The notes: a model not told the origin generated them from the sequence alone. 64,000 bases of DNA from an uncultured Pseudomonadota bacterium (GCA_963847705.1 CAWKBC010000034.1:32001-96000); one strand, 5' to 3'. Shown: positions 1 through 11,975, counted from the stretch's first letter. A program made the numbers and translations.

Positions 1-28
1 CTTCCTTTGTGCGGGCGGCTCCCTTGCG

Positions 29-685
29 TCAGGCGTCAATCGCCAGGTAGGCCTGGAACGCCGGCACCGACACGAGCTCGCCCGCCGGCAACACCAGCGC
101 CGTCAAGGAACGGCCGTACACGCAGCCGCTGTCGAGCCCCGTCGCGAATGGGTGTTGCTGCAGCCCACGGACCGCGTCGTGGCCGAACACCACGTGCTCG
201 GGACCCTTCCAGAGGGACGCCCAGGGCGCGCCCTCGATCCGCTTCGACGGCTCCCCGTCGGCGGTGATGCTGCGGAGGTTGAGCAGATGAGCGCGCGTCT
301 GCTGCTCGATCGGAGTCCCCGGGACCACCCCGCCGTGAACCACCAGGTAGGGGCGGTCGCCGACCCCGTCGAGACGCAGAAAGAGCGGGCGGGCCTCCAG
401 CCAGGCGACGTCGGCGGCGCTCAGGCTCTCGGCGACTGCGCGGTGCATCGGGCTGACCCGCCGATCGCCGCGGACCGCGTGAAGCACATGCGCGTCGTGG
501 TTGCCGAGGACCGCGTCGGCGTTCGATTCGCGCGCCCAGCGCACGACGCCGGCCGAATTGGGGCCCTTGGCCACCAGATCGCCGACCAGCACCACGCGAT
601 CGTCGGGCGTGCGGCGTGCGGCCGCCAGCAGCGCCAGCAGCTCGTCGAGGCAGCCGTGCACGTCACCGACGACCAGCGTGCGCAT
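29..685 (-). CDS. Metallophosphoesterase (ApaH/PrpE-like calcineurin-family phosphatase)
   Basis: Motifs GDVHG, GDLVAKG, GNHD, HGG, GH and LDSGCVYG. ATG at 685 (MRTLVVGD). Confidence 0.9.
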   Translation of the reverse strand: MRTLVVGDVHGCLDELLALLAAARRTPDDRVVLVGDLVAKGPNSAGVVRWARESNADAVLGNHDAHVLHAVRGDRRVSPMHRAVAESLSAADVAWLEARPLFLRLDGVGDRPYLVVHGGVVPGTPIEQQTRAHLLNLRSITADGEPSKRIEGAPWASLWKGPEHVVFGHDAVRGLQQHPFATGLDSGCVYGRSLTALVLPAGELVSVPAFQAYLAIDA

Positions 686-706
686 GACCGCCACGCCCAG
701 GCCGGC

Positions 707-1222
707 CTACGACTCCGAGACGGAGATCTTGAACATCTTGACCGGCGTCTTCGGGCGATCGCCCCCGTCGCGCGGCGTCTTCGAGATCTTGTCGACCACG
801 TCCATCCCCTCGATCACCTTGCCGAACACCGGGTGCTTGGAGGGACCGGCCGAGAACCAGTCGAGGTAGGGGTTGTCGACGACGTTGATGAAGAACTGGC
901 AGCTGCCGCTCTGCGGCCCCTTGTTGGCCATGGAGAGCGTCCCGCGCGCGTTCGAGATCTTGGCGTTGGCCGGATGCTCGTCGGGGATCGTTCCGCTGGG
1001 GGAGTCGCCGGTTCCGGCGCGCGGGCTCTGGGGATCCTTGCTGTACGGGCAGCCGAACTGCACCATGAACTTGTCGATCACGCGATGGAAGTGCAGGCCG
1101 TCGTAAAAGCCGCTCTTGGCGAGCTTGACGAAGTTGCCGGCGGTGATGGGCATCTGATCTGCAAGCAGCTCGATCTTGATGTCGCCCAGGGAGGTGCTGA
1201 GGGTGGCAGTGGGGTTGGACAT
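707..1222 (-). CDS. Cyclophilin-type peptidyl-prolyl cis-trans isomerase
   Basis: FYDGLHFHRVI, GTLSMAN, QFFIN and HPVFGKV cyclophilin motifs. Start trimmed to MSNPTA. Confidence 0.95.
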   Translation of the reverse strand: MSNPTATLSTSLGDIKIELLADQMPITAGNFVKLAKSGFYDGLHFHRVIDKFMVQFGCPYSKDPQSPRAGTGDSPSGTIPDEHPANAKISNARGTLSMANKGPQSGSCQFFINVVDNPYLDWFSAGPSKHPVFGKVIEGMDVVDKISKTPRDGGDRPKTPVKMFKISVSES

Positions 1223-1233
1223 GGGCGGGGAGC

Positions 1234-1854
1234 TTAACGCACTTCCAGCGCCGCGACGACCTCGTCGAGCCGGTCGAACAGTCGCGCGCGCGTGCAAAGC
1301 TCCGCCAGCCGGGTGCCGCGCACGGCGAAGACTTCGTCGCAGGTCTCGGCGGCGGGAAGATCGAGCCGACCGTCGCCCAGATAGACGGTCGCATGTCCGG
1401 GATGTCGGCGGCGGAGATCCGCGACGACGTGGCTCTTGAAGTCCTCCCCGGGCGGCAGGCGCATGCCCTCCGGCAGCGAGACCTGCCATCTGCGTCCGTC
1501 GAAGGTGCCCGTGAAGGCGACGATCGGGATCTCGGGCGGCAACAGATCCTGGATGTAGAAGGTGAGCCCGTGGCTCAACACCACGAACGGCCAGCCGCGC
1601 GCGCGGCAGAGGGCGACCAGCTCGGAGAGGCCTGGGCGCAACCGCGTGTGCGCCCGGGCCTGGGCCAGCAGCGCTTCCGGCGGCTGCGCCACGTCGCCAT
1701 AGCCGCGCGCGATCATCTCGAGCGGCGTCGCCCGCCCCGCGTACGTGTCGGGGAGCAGCTCGCGCCTCCAGTCGTAGGTCAGGTGCGCGTCCCAGAACAG
1801 CGTCGTGACGTCGTCGATCGTCAGGGTCCCGTCGAAGTCAGAAACGACGATCAT
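1234..1854 (-). CDS. HAD-IB family phosphatase (MtnX-like)
   Basis: DFDGT motif I and GDGRLD motif IV. Start overlaps the xth stop (ATGA). Confidence 0.85.
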   Translation of the reverse strand: MIVVSDFDGTLTIDDVTTLFWDAHLTYDWRRELLPDTYAGRATPLEMIARGYGDVAQPPEALLAQARAHTRLRPGLSELVALCRARGWPFVVLSHGLTFYIQDLLPPEIPIVAFTGTFDGRRWQVSLPEGMRLPPGEDFKSHVVADLRRRHPGHATVYLGDGRLDLPAAETCDEVFAVRGTRLAELCTRARLFDRLDEVVAALEVR

Positions 1855-2600
1855 TTGAAGGTCGCCACCAAGGGCGCGTGATCGCTGGTGCCGATCTCGC
1901 GCTGCGAGACACAGCTCAGCACCGACTCCCAGAGGTCGCCGCTGGCGAGCAGGTAGTCGATTCGCCAGCCGATGTTGCGCTGGCGGAGGTTGCGCCAGGG
2001 GGCCCACCAGGTGAAGAGCGCCTCGTTGTCCGGCTCGCGCTCGCGCGCGACGTCGTGCAGCCCGCCTTCGGCCAAGACCCGCTCGAACAGCGCCCGCTCC
2101 TCGGGACGCTGGCCGATCGCCCGCTCGTCGCGATCCCGGCTGTTGACGTCGATCGGCGCGCGCGCGACGTTGAGATCGCCGCAGAGGATCACCTTGGTCC
2201 CCACCGCGCGCAGCCCGCCCGCGTAAGCGGCCATCGCCTCGAGAAAGCGGACCTTGGCCGCGAAGTCCTTGCCGCCGTTGGGGACGTAAATGGACGCCAC
2301 CAGCACGCCGCCGACGGTCGTGGCGGCGATGCGCGTCTCGTGGTCGAACTCGGGATGGACGAAGAGCGGACGGTCGGGGGCGAGCTCCTTGCGCACCAGC
2401 AGCGCCACGCCGGAGTACCCCTTGGTCCCGTGCCAGTAGGACCAGTATCCAGGGATGTCGCCCACGGTCTTGGGGATGTGGTCGACGGCGGCCTTGATCT
2501 CCTGCAGGCACAGCACGTCCGGCTGCTCGCGCGCCACCAGCGCGGCCACCTCATCCTGGCGCGCGCGGATGCCGTTGACGTTCCAGGTGGCGATCTTCAT
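1851..2600 (-). CDS. xth: Exodeoxyribonuclease III
   Basis: MKIATWNVNGIRAR, LQEIK, GYSGVA, GDLNVA, GWRIDY, SDHAP. Confidence 0.95.
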   Translation of the reverse strand: MKIATWNVNGIRARQDEVAALVAREQPDVLCLQEIKAAVDHIPKTVGDIPGYWSYWHGTKGYSGVALLVRKELAPDRPLFVHPEFDHETRIAATTVGGVLVASIYVPNGGKDFAAKVRFLEAMAAYAGGLRAVGTKVILCGDLNVARAPIDVNSRDRDERAIGQRPEERALFERVLAEGGLHDVAREREPDNEALFTWWAPWRNLRQRNIGWRIDYLLASGDLWESVLSCVSQREIGTSDHAPLVATFK

Positions 2601-2657
2601 CGCCGGACGATTTCGCCTGTCGTCGAAGCGGAGAACATGTGCATGCTCTTCTAGCAG

Positions 2658-3929
2658 ATGAGCGTTCCCGCCGACGAGCCCGCACCGCCGGTCGCCGCCT
2701 TCACGCCGTCACCGCGGAGCCTGATCGCGGTGATCGCGGCCGGCATCTTCGTCACCGGCTTCGGCTGGCCCGGCTCCTTCGGGCGGCTGCCGTTCAACGT
2801 GCTGTTCAAGAACCAGCTGCACCTCTCGGCGCTCGACGTCTCCGAGTTCTGGGCCGTCTCCCTGCTGGTCTGGTACGTCAAGCCGTTGGTCGGGTTCGTC
2901 TGCGACGCCTATCCACTGTTCGGGACCCGGCGCCGCGGCTACCTGCTGGTCGGGACCACGCTCACCGGGCTGTTCTGGCTGATGTTTGCGATCGTCCCAC
3001 GGCACTACGTGCCGTTCATGCTGGTGATGACCGTCCTCAACATCGCCATGGTGGCGGTCAGCACCGTGGTCGGGGGGCTCCAGATCGAGGTCTCGCAGCG
3101 CCATGCCGCGAGCGGCCGGCTCGCCTCGCTCCGCACGGGCCTGGAAGGGGTGATGAACCTGCTCGGCGGGCCTGTCGGTGGCTGGTTGGCCGTCCGCGCC
3201 TTCGGTTGGACCACGGTGACCGGCGCCCTGGTGATGTTCTCCTTTCTCCCTGTCGTCGGCTGGCTCTATCGCGAGCCACGCGGAGCGCGCGCGAACACGG
3301 CGGTCTGGGCCACCGCGCGCAGCCACCTCAAGACGATCGTCGCGTCGCGGGCGATGTGGGGAGCGACGGGACTCCTCTTTCTCACTTACCTCGCGCCCGG
3401 GTTTCAGACGCCCATGTTCTATTACCAGCAAGACGTCCTGAAGCTGGATGCCCGCTTCATCGGATTCCTGCAGCTCCTGGGCGGTGCCGGGGGGATCATC
3501 GGCGCCGCCGCCTACGGGTATCTTTGCCGGCGCCTCCCCCTCAAGGTCTCCTTGGTCGCCGGGATCTTGCTCAACGCCGCGGTCACCCTGCTCTACCTGC
3601 GCTACGACTCGGCCCGGGCAGCGGCCTGGATCGACAGCTCGGCGGCCCTGCTGGGGACGATGGCCACGCTGCCCATCTACGACCTCGCCGCGCGCGCGAC
3701 GCCGGCCGGCAGCGAGAGCTTCGGCTTCGGCCTGATGATGAGCATCCGCAACATCGCGCTCTTCGCCATCTCCGACCCGTTCGGCTCCTACCTCTACGAT
3801 CGCCACCACGTCGGGTTCAAGCAGCTGGTCTGGCTGAACGCCGGTTCATCGGCCGCGGTCTTGCTCTTCGTCCCGCTGCTCCCGCGGGTGCTGCTGGCCG
3901 CGCGCGAGGAGGAGCGCCGCGCGGCCTGA
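2658..3929 (+). CDS. MFS transporter (BT1/folate-biopterin-like)
   Basis: About 12 hydrophobic segments; WYVKPLVGFVCDAYPLFGTRRRGY resembles the BT1 family signature. Confidence 0.8.
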   Translation: MSVPADEPAPPVAAFTPSPRSLIAVIAAGIFVTGFGWPGSFGRLPFNVLFKNQLHLSALDVSEFWAVSLLVWYVKPLVGFVCDAYPLFGTRRRGYLLVGTTLTGLFWLMFAIVPRHYVPFMLVMTVLNIAMVAVSTVVGGLQIEVSQRHAASGRLASLRTGLEGVMNLLGGPVGGWLAVRAFGWTTVTGALVMFSFLPVVGWLYREPRGARANTAVWATARSHLKTIVASRAMWGATGLLFLTYLAPGFQTPMFYYQQDVLKLDARFIGFLQLLGGAGGIIGAAAYGYLCRRLPLKVSLVAGILLNAAVTLLYLRYDSARAAAWIDSSAALLGTMATLPIYDLAARATPAGSESFGFGLMMSIRNIALFAISDPFGSYLYDRHHVGFKQLVWLNAGSSAAVLLFVPLLPRVLLAAREEERRAA

Positions 3930-3985
3930 GCTTAAGAAGCTGCGTCGGCCGCCGAGATTGAAGGTCGTACCTTGATGGAGGCTCC

Positions 3986-4492
3986 ATGCGTCTAGCTCTG
4001 CGCTTCGCCGGCTTCGGCCTGGCGCTCTCGCTCTCGTGTGCGTCGACCCCCTGGCCGGACGAGCCCGGGCTCCCCGTCGCGGTCGGGCTCGCCGCCAACG
4101 TCGACGCAGGCGACTCGTTTCTGACCGCGCTCACCGCCGCGCGCGCCACCCGGAGTCTCCCCGCACCGCTGGTGACCCCGCGCTACCAGTCAGAGATCCG
4201 CAACTTCGCCGAAGATCTTCAGGCCGGAAAAACCTCGGCGGCAGGCGCCCGGCGCGCGATCGAGAGCTGGGGGCGCGTCGCCTACCGGCGGCAGGTCACG
4301 AGCTGGGTGGTCGACTGTGGGGCGGGACAGCCGCCCCAGATCCCGTCGGCGCTCGCCGAGCTGCCGACCGCGGTGGTCTCCTACTCGGCGGCGCACTTCC
4401 GCCCCCGCTCGCTGGCCAGCGAGCAGTGCGCGGTCTTGGTGGTGGCGCTCAACAGCGGCGACGAATCCCTGAGCCCCGAGCCGGTCAAATGA
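3986..4492 (+). CDS. Hypothetical lipoprotein
   Basis: GGAGG RBS, signal peptide ending LSLSC, GC3-rich codons. Confidence 0.65.
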   Translation: MRLALRFAGFGLALSLSCASTPWPDEPGLPVAVGLAANVDAGDSFLTALTAARATRSLPAPLVTPRYQSEIRNFAEDLQAGKTSAAGARRAIESWGRVAYRRQVTSWVVDCGAGQPPQIPSALAELPTAVVSYSAAHFRPRSLASEQCAVLVVALNSGDESLSPEPVK

Positions 4493-5330
4493 CGCAGCCG
4501 ATGCGCGCGCTGTCGATGGCGATCTCGTCGAGCCACAGCTCGAACGGCTCCGTCGTCGGCTGATACTCGTACCAGCCGAGCCAGACGTTGGTGAACGTCG
4601 GCAGCGTGAACGGCACCGTGGCGTTCCCCTGGTGCGGCGTGGTGGGGAGGGTGCCCAGCGACGGGTGCTCGACGCCGTCCCACCAGAGACGCGTCTGGTT
4701 GTGCGCGCCGTCGTGCATCCACTCGATGCAGAGCCACTGCCCGGTCGGCACCGGCGAGGGGGTGCCGTTCGGACCGGGGTCCTGATCGGCGTTGGTCCAG
4801 TCCCCGGTGCCGTTCGGGTCGGTCAGGCTGTCGGTCCCCACGCCGAACAGGTTGACCCCGGCTTGCATCTGGCCGCTCACCCGGACCTCGCCAGTCACCC
4901 CCGTCCCCGAGGCGGCGATGAACGTCCAGTGCGCATAGTCGAACGACGCCGCCGGCGTGGGGAGCGACTGGAAGTAGACGAAGGCGCGACCGTAGTAGGT
5001 GTCGTTCGCCGCGGGGAAGGTCCTGGTCTCGTCGATGTACGACGCACCCTTCCCGGTCACCGCGATGTGCAGCGCGTGGGTGCCGCGCGCCGCCTGCAGC
5101 GTGTCGACGACAGGCGGGGTCCCATTCACGGTCCAGAGGGTGGGATCGAGCGCGCCGCTCTCGAAGTCCTCGCAGAGCTGGAGGTGGGCGGCGGCGCAGC
5201 GGCTCGGGCCGAAGAAGGCGGCGCGATCTGACGACAGGTTGCGGCCGCTGCCCGTCGAGCCACAGCCCGAGCTGGTGACCAGCGCTGTCGCGACCGCGAC
5301 GCCGACGAGCCGCGCCGCGGCCCGCGCCAT
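4485..5330 (-). CDS. Secreted/lipoprotein beta-sandwich protein (Cip1/ConA-like fold)
   Basis: Lipobox-like SSGC; CEDFESG start, WLCIEW, and LWLDEIAID..RIGC C-terminus. Confidence 0.6.
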   Translation of the reverse strand: MARAAARLVGVAVATALVTSSGCGSTGSGRNLSSDRAAFFGPSRCAAAHLQLCEDFESGALDPTLWTVNGTPPVVDTLQAARGTHALHIAVTGKGASYIDETRTFPAANDTYYGRAFVYFQSLPTPAASFDYAHWTFIAASGTGVTGEVRVSGQMQAGVNLFGVGTDSLTDPNGTGDWTNADQDPGPNGTPSPVPTGQWLCIEWMHDGAHNQTRLWWDGVEHPSLGTLPTTPHQGNATVPFTLPTFTNVWLGWYEYQPTTEPFELWLDEIAIDSARIGCVI

Positions 5331-5894
5331 CTAGAGCCGCACCTGGATCTCGTAGCGGCGGTTCTTGGCCTTCTTGGCGGGCGTGTTGTCGGGCGTCACC
5401 AGCGGGTGCTCGGAGCCCATGCCGACGGAGATGATCTCCTTGGGGGACACGCCGCGCGCCACCAGCTCGCGCTCGATCACCGCCGCGCGCTTGGCCGACA
5501 GCTCCTTGTTGTGCTCCGGCTTGCCGGCCGAGTCGGTGTGCCCCGACACCTCGAACTTGAAGCCGCTCACGCCCGCCGCCTGGAGCTTCTTCTTGGCGTC
5601 GATCAGCGTGTCGGCGAGCTTCTTGATCTTCTTGTCGCATCCGGGCGCCAGCTGGTCGCTGTCGCTCTTGAAGCTGCACTGATTCTTGCGCCCTTCGGCC
5701 AGCAGCTTGGCGTTGACCTCCTTGACCGCCTTGTCGCGGGCCGCGCCGCCAGCCTTGCCGGCCAGGCTGTGGAAGTCGAGCGCGAAAGCCGGCGAGCTGA
5801 AGGGGCCGGTGAGCAGAAGCGCGGCTCCCACGATTCCCAGCGTCAAGGCGAGCCACGACCCACGGCGATCTGTCAGGAACGTTGAACGTGTCAT
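5331..5894 (-). CDS. OmpA-family peptidoglycan-binding domain protein
   Basis: Signal peptide; GHTDSAG..HNKELSAKRA..V and KNRR OmpA_C motifs. Confidence 0.85.
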   Translation of the reverse strand: MTRSTFLTDRRGSWLALTLGIVGAALLLTGPFSSPAFALDFHSLAGKAGGAARDKAVKEVNAKLLAEGRKNQCSFKSDSDQLAPGCDKKIKKLADTLIDAKKKLQAAGVSGFKFEVSGHTDSAGKPEHNKELSAKRAAVIERELVARGVSPKEIISVGMGSEHPLVTPDNTPAKKAKNRRYEIQVRL

Positions 5895-5920
5895 CCCGAC
5901 ACAATAACGCGAACCGCGCC

Positions 5921-6937
5921 CTACCGGCGCAGCGTCAGATCGAGGACCGTCGCCAGCCCGGGCGCCGCCAAGATGACGGCCGGGATGGCGTTGAGCACGG
6001 TGCCGACGGTGGCGCGGTCCCCGTGGGTGCCGCCGCGAATAAGGAGATCGAGCGGCGGGTCGCCCTCGATCACCACGCGATCGTGCGGCTCGGGCGCGCC
6101 GACCGACATCTCCAGCTCGAGCCGGACCAGCTCGCGTCCGCCGTGAAGGCCGATCGCCGACTGCCGCAGCCCGGCCACCTGTCCGGGCTCGATCCCCGGC
6201 CGCACGTCGGTGACCGGACCGATCGTCGAGCGGATCTCGTCGAACGAGAGCCCCAGGCCGAGCCCGAGGAGCGCGCACGACTCGGCCAGCCCCCGATGCC
6301 CGAGCTTCTTGGCCGCGACGCCCGCTTCGAACTCCCCGACGGTCATTCCGGCGCCGACCTTGGCGCGCAGCGGAGCGCGACGCTTGGCGGCGTCGACCAC
6401 CCGGGTGACCGCCACCCGGTCGACGCGCACGCAGGCCGCGGCCAGCGTGAGCGGCAGGCGATCCATCACCAGGCCGGGGTTGACGCCGGTCCCGACGACG
6501 GTGATCCCGGCGGCGCGCGCGTGCGCGTCCAGCTGCTGCGCGAGCTCGGGCGTGGTCAGGTTGGCGTAGGCGAGATCCTCGCAGGTCGAAACCACGTCGA
6601 CGCCCGCGGCGCCCGCCGCCTCGACGATCGGCAGCATCTCGGCGACGCCGGAGAGGGTCAACACCAGCGCGACGTCGGCGCCGGCCAGCGCCGCCGACAG
6701 CGTCGGCGCCACCTTCACGCCGAGCGGACCGACCCCGGCCACCTCGCCAGCGTCCTGGCCGACGAAGGCCGGATCGGCGACACCGGAGAGCTCGAGCGTC
6801 GATCGGGCAAGAACCGCCTTCAGGACCTCGCGGCCGATCGCCCCCAGCCCGACGATCGCCACGCGCACGGCGCCGGCCACCCGGACGCTGCCCGTCGTGC
6901 GGGTGGTGCTGGGCGAACCGATGTTGCCGGCGCTCAC
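5921..6937 (-). CDS. Dihydrodipicolinate reductase-like / 2,4-diaminopentanoate dehydrogenase-family oxidoreductase
   Basis: GLGAIG Rossmann motif, VSTCEDL, GTGVNPG, GGTHGDRAT. GTG start overlaps the upstream stop. Confidence 0.8.
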   Translation of the reverse strand: MSAGNIGSPSTTRTTGSVRVAGAVRVAIVGLGAIGREVLKAVLARSTLELSGVADPAFVGQDAGEVAGVGPLGVKVAPTLSAALAGADVALVLTLSGVAEMLPIVEAAGAAGVDVVSTCEDLAYANLTTPELAQQLDAHARAAGITVVGTGVNPGLVMDRLPLTLAAACVRVDRVAVTRVVDAAKRRAPLRAKVGAGMTVGEFEAGVAAKKLGHRGLAESCALLGLGLGLSFDEIRSTIGPVTDVRPGIEPGQVAGLRQSAIGLHGGRELVRLELEMSVGAPEPHDRVVIEGDPPLDLLIRGGTHGDRATVGTVLNAIPAVILAAPGLATVLDLTLRR

Positions 6938-8979
6938 CCCCCGAGCTCCGCCAGATCCTCGCCCAGCTCCTCGAGGAAGCCCGAGATCTCCGAGGGCGAC
7001 AGCGATTCGAGGCGGCGCCGGATCCCTTCGAGATCGTCGCGCAGCCGGCTGGCCCGGCGGCGGTAGTTGTCGAGGGTGTTCTCGAGCCGGCTGGCGTCGG
7101 TGGACGACGCGCCCACGCGACCGACCTCCGCCCGCAAAGTGGCCTCCACCGCGTCGAGATCCCGCGCGATGGCCGCGGCGCCCGCGTCGTGATCGTCGTG
7201 ACCGTTGTTCTTGCCGTTCTGGCCGTTCTTGCCGGCCCCGGCGGCCGCCGACGCCTCGAGCTCGCCCACCCGCAGGCGCAGGCGATCGCGCTCCGCCTCG
7301 AGCGCGTGGAGCCAATCGACCTCGGCCCCGTCGCGACCCGCGGCCGCCTTGCGTTCGTGCTCGAGCCGCAACAGCTTCCCCTCGAGCTCGGCCAGCCGCG
7401 CCCGCCGGGTTCGATCGGCCTCTTCCAGGTCCTTGGCGGTCTTGCGCAACGTCGCCGCCTCGGCGCCCGAGGAGGCCGCGCGCGCTTCGGCGGCGGCCAG
7501 CGCGTCCTCCAGCTCGGCCACCAGCGCCGACTGTTCGGAGACGGACGCCTTCAGCTCGGTGAGCTCATCGACGTGCGCCGTGGAGGCCCGATGAAACTCC
7601 TCGAGCGCACGTCCCCGCGCCGCGGCCAGATCATCGCTGTCCTGGCCCGTGGCGCGTCCCCCCGCGGCCGGAGCCCCCGCCTGAACCTGCCCCTGCCCAC
7701 CTTCGGCGCGCCCCGCGCTCCCCTGAACCGCGCGCGCGATCGCCTGCCGCAACTTGTCCTCCAGCTCGGCGAGGCGCCAGGTCAGATCCTGCTTTTCGCC
7801 TTCCAGACGCAGGATCCGCTCGTCGCGCTGGGCGACGGCGCGCGACCGCTCCTCGAGCGCGCTGTCGTCGACCACCACCGTCCGTGCGCCGTTCTCGAGG
7901 CGCGCCACCTCGCGCCGCGCGCGGCCGAGCTCGCTCTCTGCCAGCCTCTGCCGCTCGAGCGCATCCTCGACCTGCGCCTGTCGCTCGCGGGCAAGCCCCC
8001 CAAGCTCTTCCAGCCGCTGCTCCGCGGCCGCGGCCCGGGCTTCGCTCTCGGCCAGCTTGACCCGCAACCGATCGGCCTCTTCGCGCGCCGCGGCCAGCGC
8101 CGCCGCCGACGCGCGCGCCTCCGCCTCCAGCGGCGCGCGCAGCCCTGCCGTCAGCCGCTCGGCGACCGCCGCCATCTCCTCCGTCGTGCGGCGGGTGAGG
8201 GTCATGACCGATTCGTTGGCTTCGGCCAGCGCCCGCCGCAACTTGGCGTTCTCCGCGTCGAGCGACGCGCGATCCTCGGCCGCCCGGCGGAGGCGCGCGC
8301 GCATCTCCTCGAGCTCCTCGGCCTGCAGGTGCGAAACGCGGGCCGCCGCCGGCGCTCCGGCCTCGCCGGTCTGGGCAGGCGGCGGAGGCAGAGACGGCAG
8401 CTGAACCAGCGCGTAGCCGAGGCCCGCCACCGGCTCGGTCCCCGCGACGGCGACATAGGCGACGGGGGCCTCTGGCTCCTTGACCAGCCGCGAGTCGATC
8501 CGCAACGCTTCGATGGTTCCGTCGAACTCGACCACGCCGATGCCCGAAAACGGGGTCATGCCCAGCATCTGGACCAGCGGAAGGAGGGGGGCGACCGCGC
8601 CGTGCAGATCGTAGTAACCGACGCCGCCGGTGGCGCCGGGACGCTCGGCGTTGCCCGCCGCGACCACCAGGCGCCCCCCCGCAGCGACCAGCTTGCGGCA
8701 GGCGGCGACCGCGCCCGGCCGGCGCACCAGCGCCTCCCCCTCGGGGATCACCACCACGTCGAAGCGCTCGGTGAGGCTGGCGAGATCGCCGTCGGAGACC
8801 ACCACCTTGGCGGCGCCCAGCGATTTCAGGAGCTCGGCGGTCCCGTCGATGCTGGGCCCGATCTCGAGCACGCGGCGGCCCAACCAGATGGGTTCGAGGA
8901 AGGCATAGAGAGACCGGCGGCGGTCGCGGGATTCAGCGGGCGAGCGGTCGCGAGATTCAGGGGCGGAAAGGTCGGGCAT
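6934..8979 (-). CDS. Methyltransferase-like N-terminal domain fused to a long coiled coil
   Basis: N-terminal RRVLEIG...FDVVV...GGRLVV, followed by >400 aa of E/R/A/L-rich heptads. Start uncertain. Confidence 0.65.
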   Translation of the reverse strand: MPDLSAPESRDRSPAESRDRRRSLYAFLEPIWLGRRVLEIGPSIDGTAELLKSLGAAKVVVSDGDLASLTERFDVVVIPEGEALVRRPGAVAACRKLVAAGGRLVVAAGNAERPGATGGVGYYDLHGAVAPLLPLVQMLGMTPFSGIGVVEFDGTIEALRIDSRLVKEPEAPVAYVAVAGTEPVAGLGYALVQLPSLPPPPAQTGEAGAPAAARVSHLQAEELEEMRARLRRAAEDRASLDAENAKLRRALAEANESVMTLTRRTTEEMAAVAERLTAGLRAPLEAEARASAAALAAAREEADRLRVKLAESEARAAAAEQRLEELGGLARERQAQVEDALERQRLAESELGRARREVARLENGARTVVVDDSALEERSRAVAQRDERILRLEGEKQDLTWRLAELEDKLRQAIARAVQGSAGRAEGGQGQVQAGAPAAGGRATGQDSDDLAAARGRALEEFHRASTAHVDELTELKASVSEQSALVAELEDALAAAEARAASSGAEAATLRKTAKDLEEADRTRRARLAELEGKLLRLEHERKAAAGRDGAEVDWLHALEAERDRLRLRVGELEASAAAGAGKNGQNGKNNGHDDHDAGAAAIARDLDAVEATLRAEVGRVGASSTDASRLENTLDNYRRRASRLRDDLEGIRRRLESLSPSEISGFLEELGEDLAELGG

Positions 8980-9003
8980 GGCGGGCTGCACTATATACCC
9001 GAC

Positions 9004-9032
9004 TTGCATCCGGACGCTTCGCCCACTATAAA
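9004..9032 (+). promoter_or_regulatory. Putative sigma70 promoter of rpmE-prfA
   Basis: TTGCAT-17 nt-TATAAA, 24 nt upstream of the rpmE ATG. Confidence 0.5.
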
Positions 9033-9056
9033 CCCCGGTTCCCAGGACCCAACACC

Positions 9057-9281
9057 ATGGCAAAAAAAGGCATTCACCCGGTCTATAAGCCCTCGACCAT
9101 CAGCTGCGCCTGCGGCAACAAGGTCGAGACCTTCTCGACGCGCGGCGCGTTCTCGGTCGAAATTTGTTCTGCTTGCCACCCGTTCTACACGGGGAAGCAG
9201 AAGTTCGTGGACGCGGCCGGCCGCATCGAGCGCTTCCAAAAGAAGTACGGCAAGACCGCGCCTCCGACGACGACGACCTAA
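9057..9281 (+). CDS. rpmE: 50S ribosomal protein L31 (Zn-binding type)
   Basis: [31 protein letters not shown]. Confidence 0.97.
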   Translation: MAKKGIHPVYKPSTISCACGNKVETFSTRGAFSVEICSACHPFYTGKQKFVDAAGRIERFQKKYGKTAPPTTTT

Positions 9282-9287
9282 GCCGTC

Positions 9288-10348
<1,061 letters not shown>

Positions 10349-10352
<4 letters not shown>

Positions 10353-11332
10353 GCGCGGCGCGCATCGTCGTCCTCGACAGCTTCGCCATCGATCAAGGAG
10401 AGCCGGACGTCACCTGGCCCGAGCTGGCGGCGCTGGGCGAGCTGGCGGTCTATCCACGGACGGAAGCCGCCGAGCTCCTCGCGCGCGCTGGAAACGGCGT
10501 CCTGGCGCTGCTCACCAACAAGGTGCCGCTCGACGCCGCCGAGCTCTCGGCATTGCCGGCGCTGCGCTACGTGGGCGTGACGGCGACCGGGACCGACATC
10601 ATCGACCTCGAGGCGGCCCGCGCGCGCGGGGTCGCGGTCACCAACGTTCCCGGCTACGCCACCGAATCGGTCGCCGAGCTGGTGTTCGCGCTCATCCTGC
10701 ATTTTTCCTACGACGTCGCCGGGCACAACGCCGCGGTGAAGGCCGGCGTCTGGGCCGCCTCGCCCGATTTCTGTTTCTTCCGCCAGCCGCTGGTCGAGCT
10801 GGCGGGCAAGACGCTGGTGCTGGTGGGCTCCGGGGCGATCGGTGGCGCCGTCGCCCGCATCGGCGAGGCGTTCGGGATGCGCGTGGTGCGCGCCGCCGTG
10901 CCGGGCGCACCGGCGCACCGGGAAGAGCCCCGCACGCCGCTTGCCGAGGCGCTGCCGCTGGGCGACTTCGTCTCGCTGCACTGCCCGCTCACCCCGGCGA
11001 CGCGCGGGCTGGTCGGCGCGGGGTTCCTGGCCGCCATGAAACCAGGAGCGATCCTCATCAACACGGGGCGCGGCGCGCTGATTGACGATGCTGCGCTGGC
11101 GGCGGGGCTCGCCAGCGGGCACCTGGGCGGCGCCGGGCTCGACGTCCTCGCGACCGAGCCGCCGCCCCCCAACCACCCACTGACCGATCCGCGCGCGCCC
11201 TGGGCCGGACGGATCGTCAACACGCCGCACATCGGCTGGGGGACGGTGGAGTCGCGGCGCCCGTTGGTCACCGAGGTCGCGCGCAACCTGGCGGCCTTTC
11301 TCCAGGGGCAGGCGCGCAACCGGGTGGTCTGA
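10349..11332 (+). CDS. D-2-hydroxyacid dehydrogenase (glycerate dehydrogenase-like)
   Basis: [33 protein letters not shown]. Confidence 0.9.
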
Positions 11333-11391
11333 GCGAGGCGCGCAGGCGGGTGGTCCGAACGCCGCTGCTCGGTCCCCGGTTCCTCGTCTCC

Positions 11392-11838
11392 CTACTGGCC
11401 CTGCAGCGTGACGACCACCGTTCGCGCGCCGCCCTGATCGCGGTGCTCACCGAGGTAGATCCCCTGCCAGGTCCCGAGCGCCAGCCGCCCGTCGCGGATC
11501 GGCACCGTCACCGACGCTCCGAGCAGCGTCGCCTTCACGTGCGCCGGCATGTCGTCGGCTCCCTCGGCGGTGTGCTGGAAGTAAGGCGCGTTCTCGGGGA
11601 CCGCGCGGTCGAACCAGCGCGCCAGATCGCCGCGGACATCCGGATCGGCGTTCTCGTTGACGGCCAGCGACGCCGAGGTGTGCTGGATGAAGAAATGCGC
11701 CAGGCCGATCTTGAAGCGTGCTAGATCGGGCAGCGCCGCCACCAGCTCGCTGGTGATCAGGTGAAATCCGCGTGGGCGCGGCTTGAGGCGAATCTCGCTT
11801 TGATACCAGCCAGTGCGGTCGGACGTGCGATCGGACAT
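11392..11838 (-). CDS. yjbQ: YjbQ/UPF0047 family protein
   Basis: RGFHLIT, HTSASL..NENADPDV, DDMPAHVK, LGTWQGIYLGEHR. Confidence 0.9.
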   Translation of the reverse strand: MSDRTSDRTGWYQSEIRLKPRPRGFHLITSELVAALPDLARFKIGLAHFFIQHTSASLAVNENADPDVRGDLARWFDRAVPENAPYFQHTAEGADDMPAHVKATLLGASVTVPIRDGRLALGTWQGIYLGEHRDQGGARTVVVTLQGQ

Positions 11839-11975
11839 GCGATCCGTGCGTTTAGCACGTCGCGCGCCTGGTGACGCCGGCCACCGCTTTTCATCGGAAA
11901 AATTTGCGATAGTCGAGTTTCGCCACTTAATGGATCGTTGAAGGATGCTTACACATCCATCGAACAAGGAGACCC

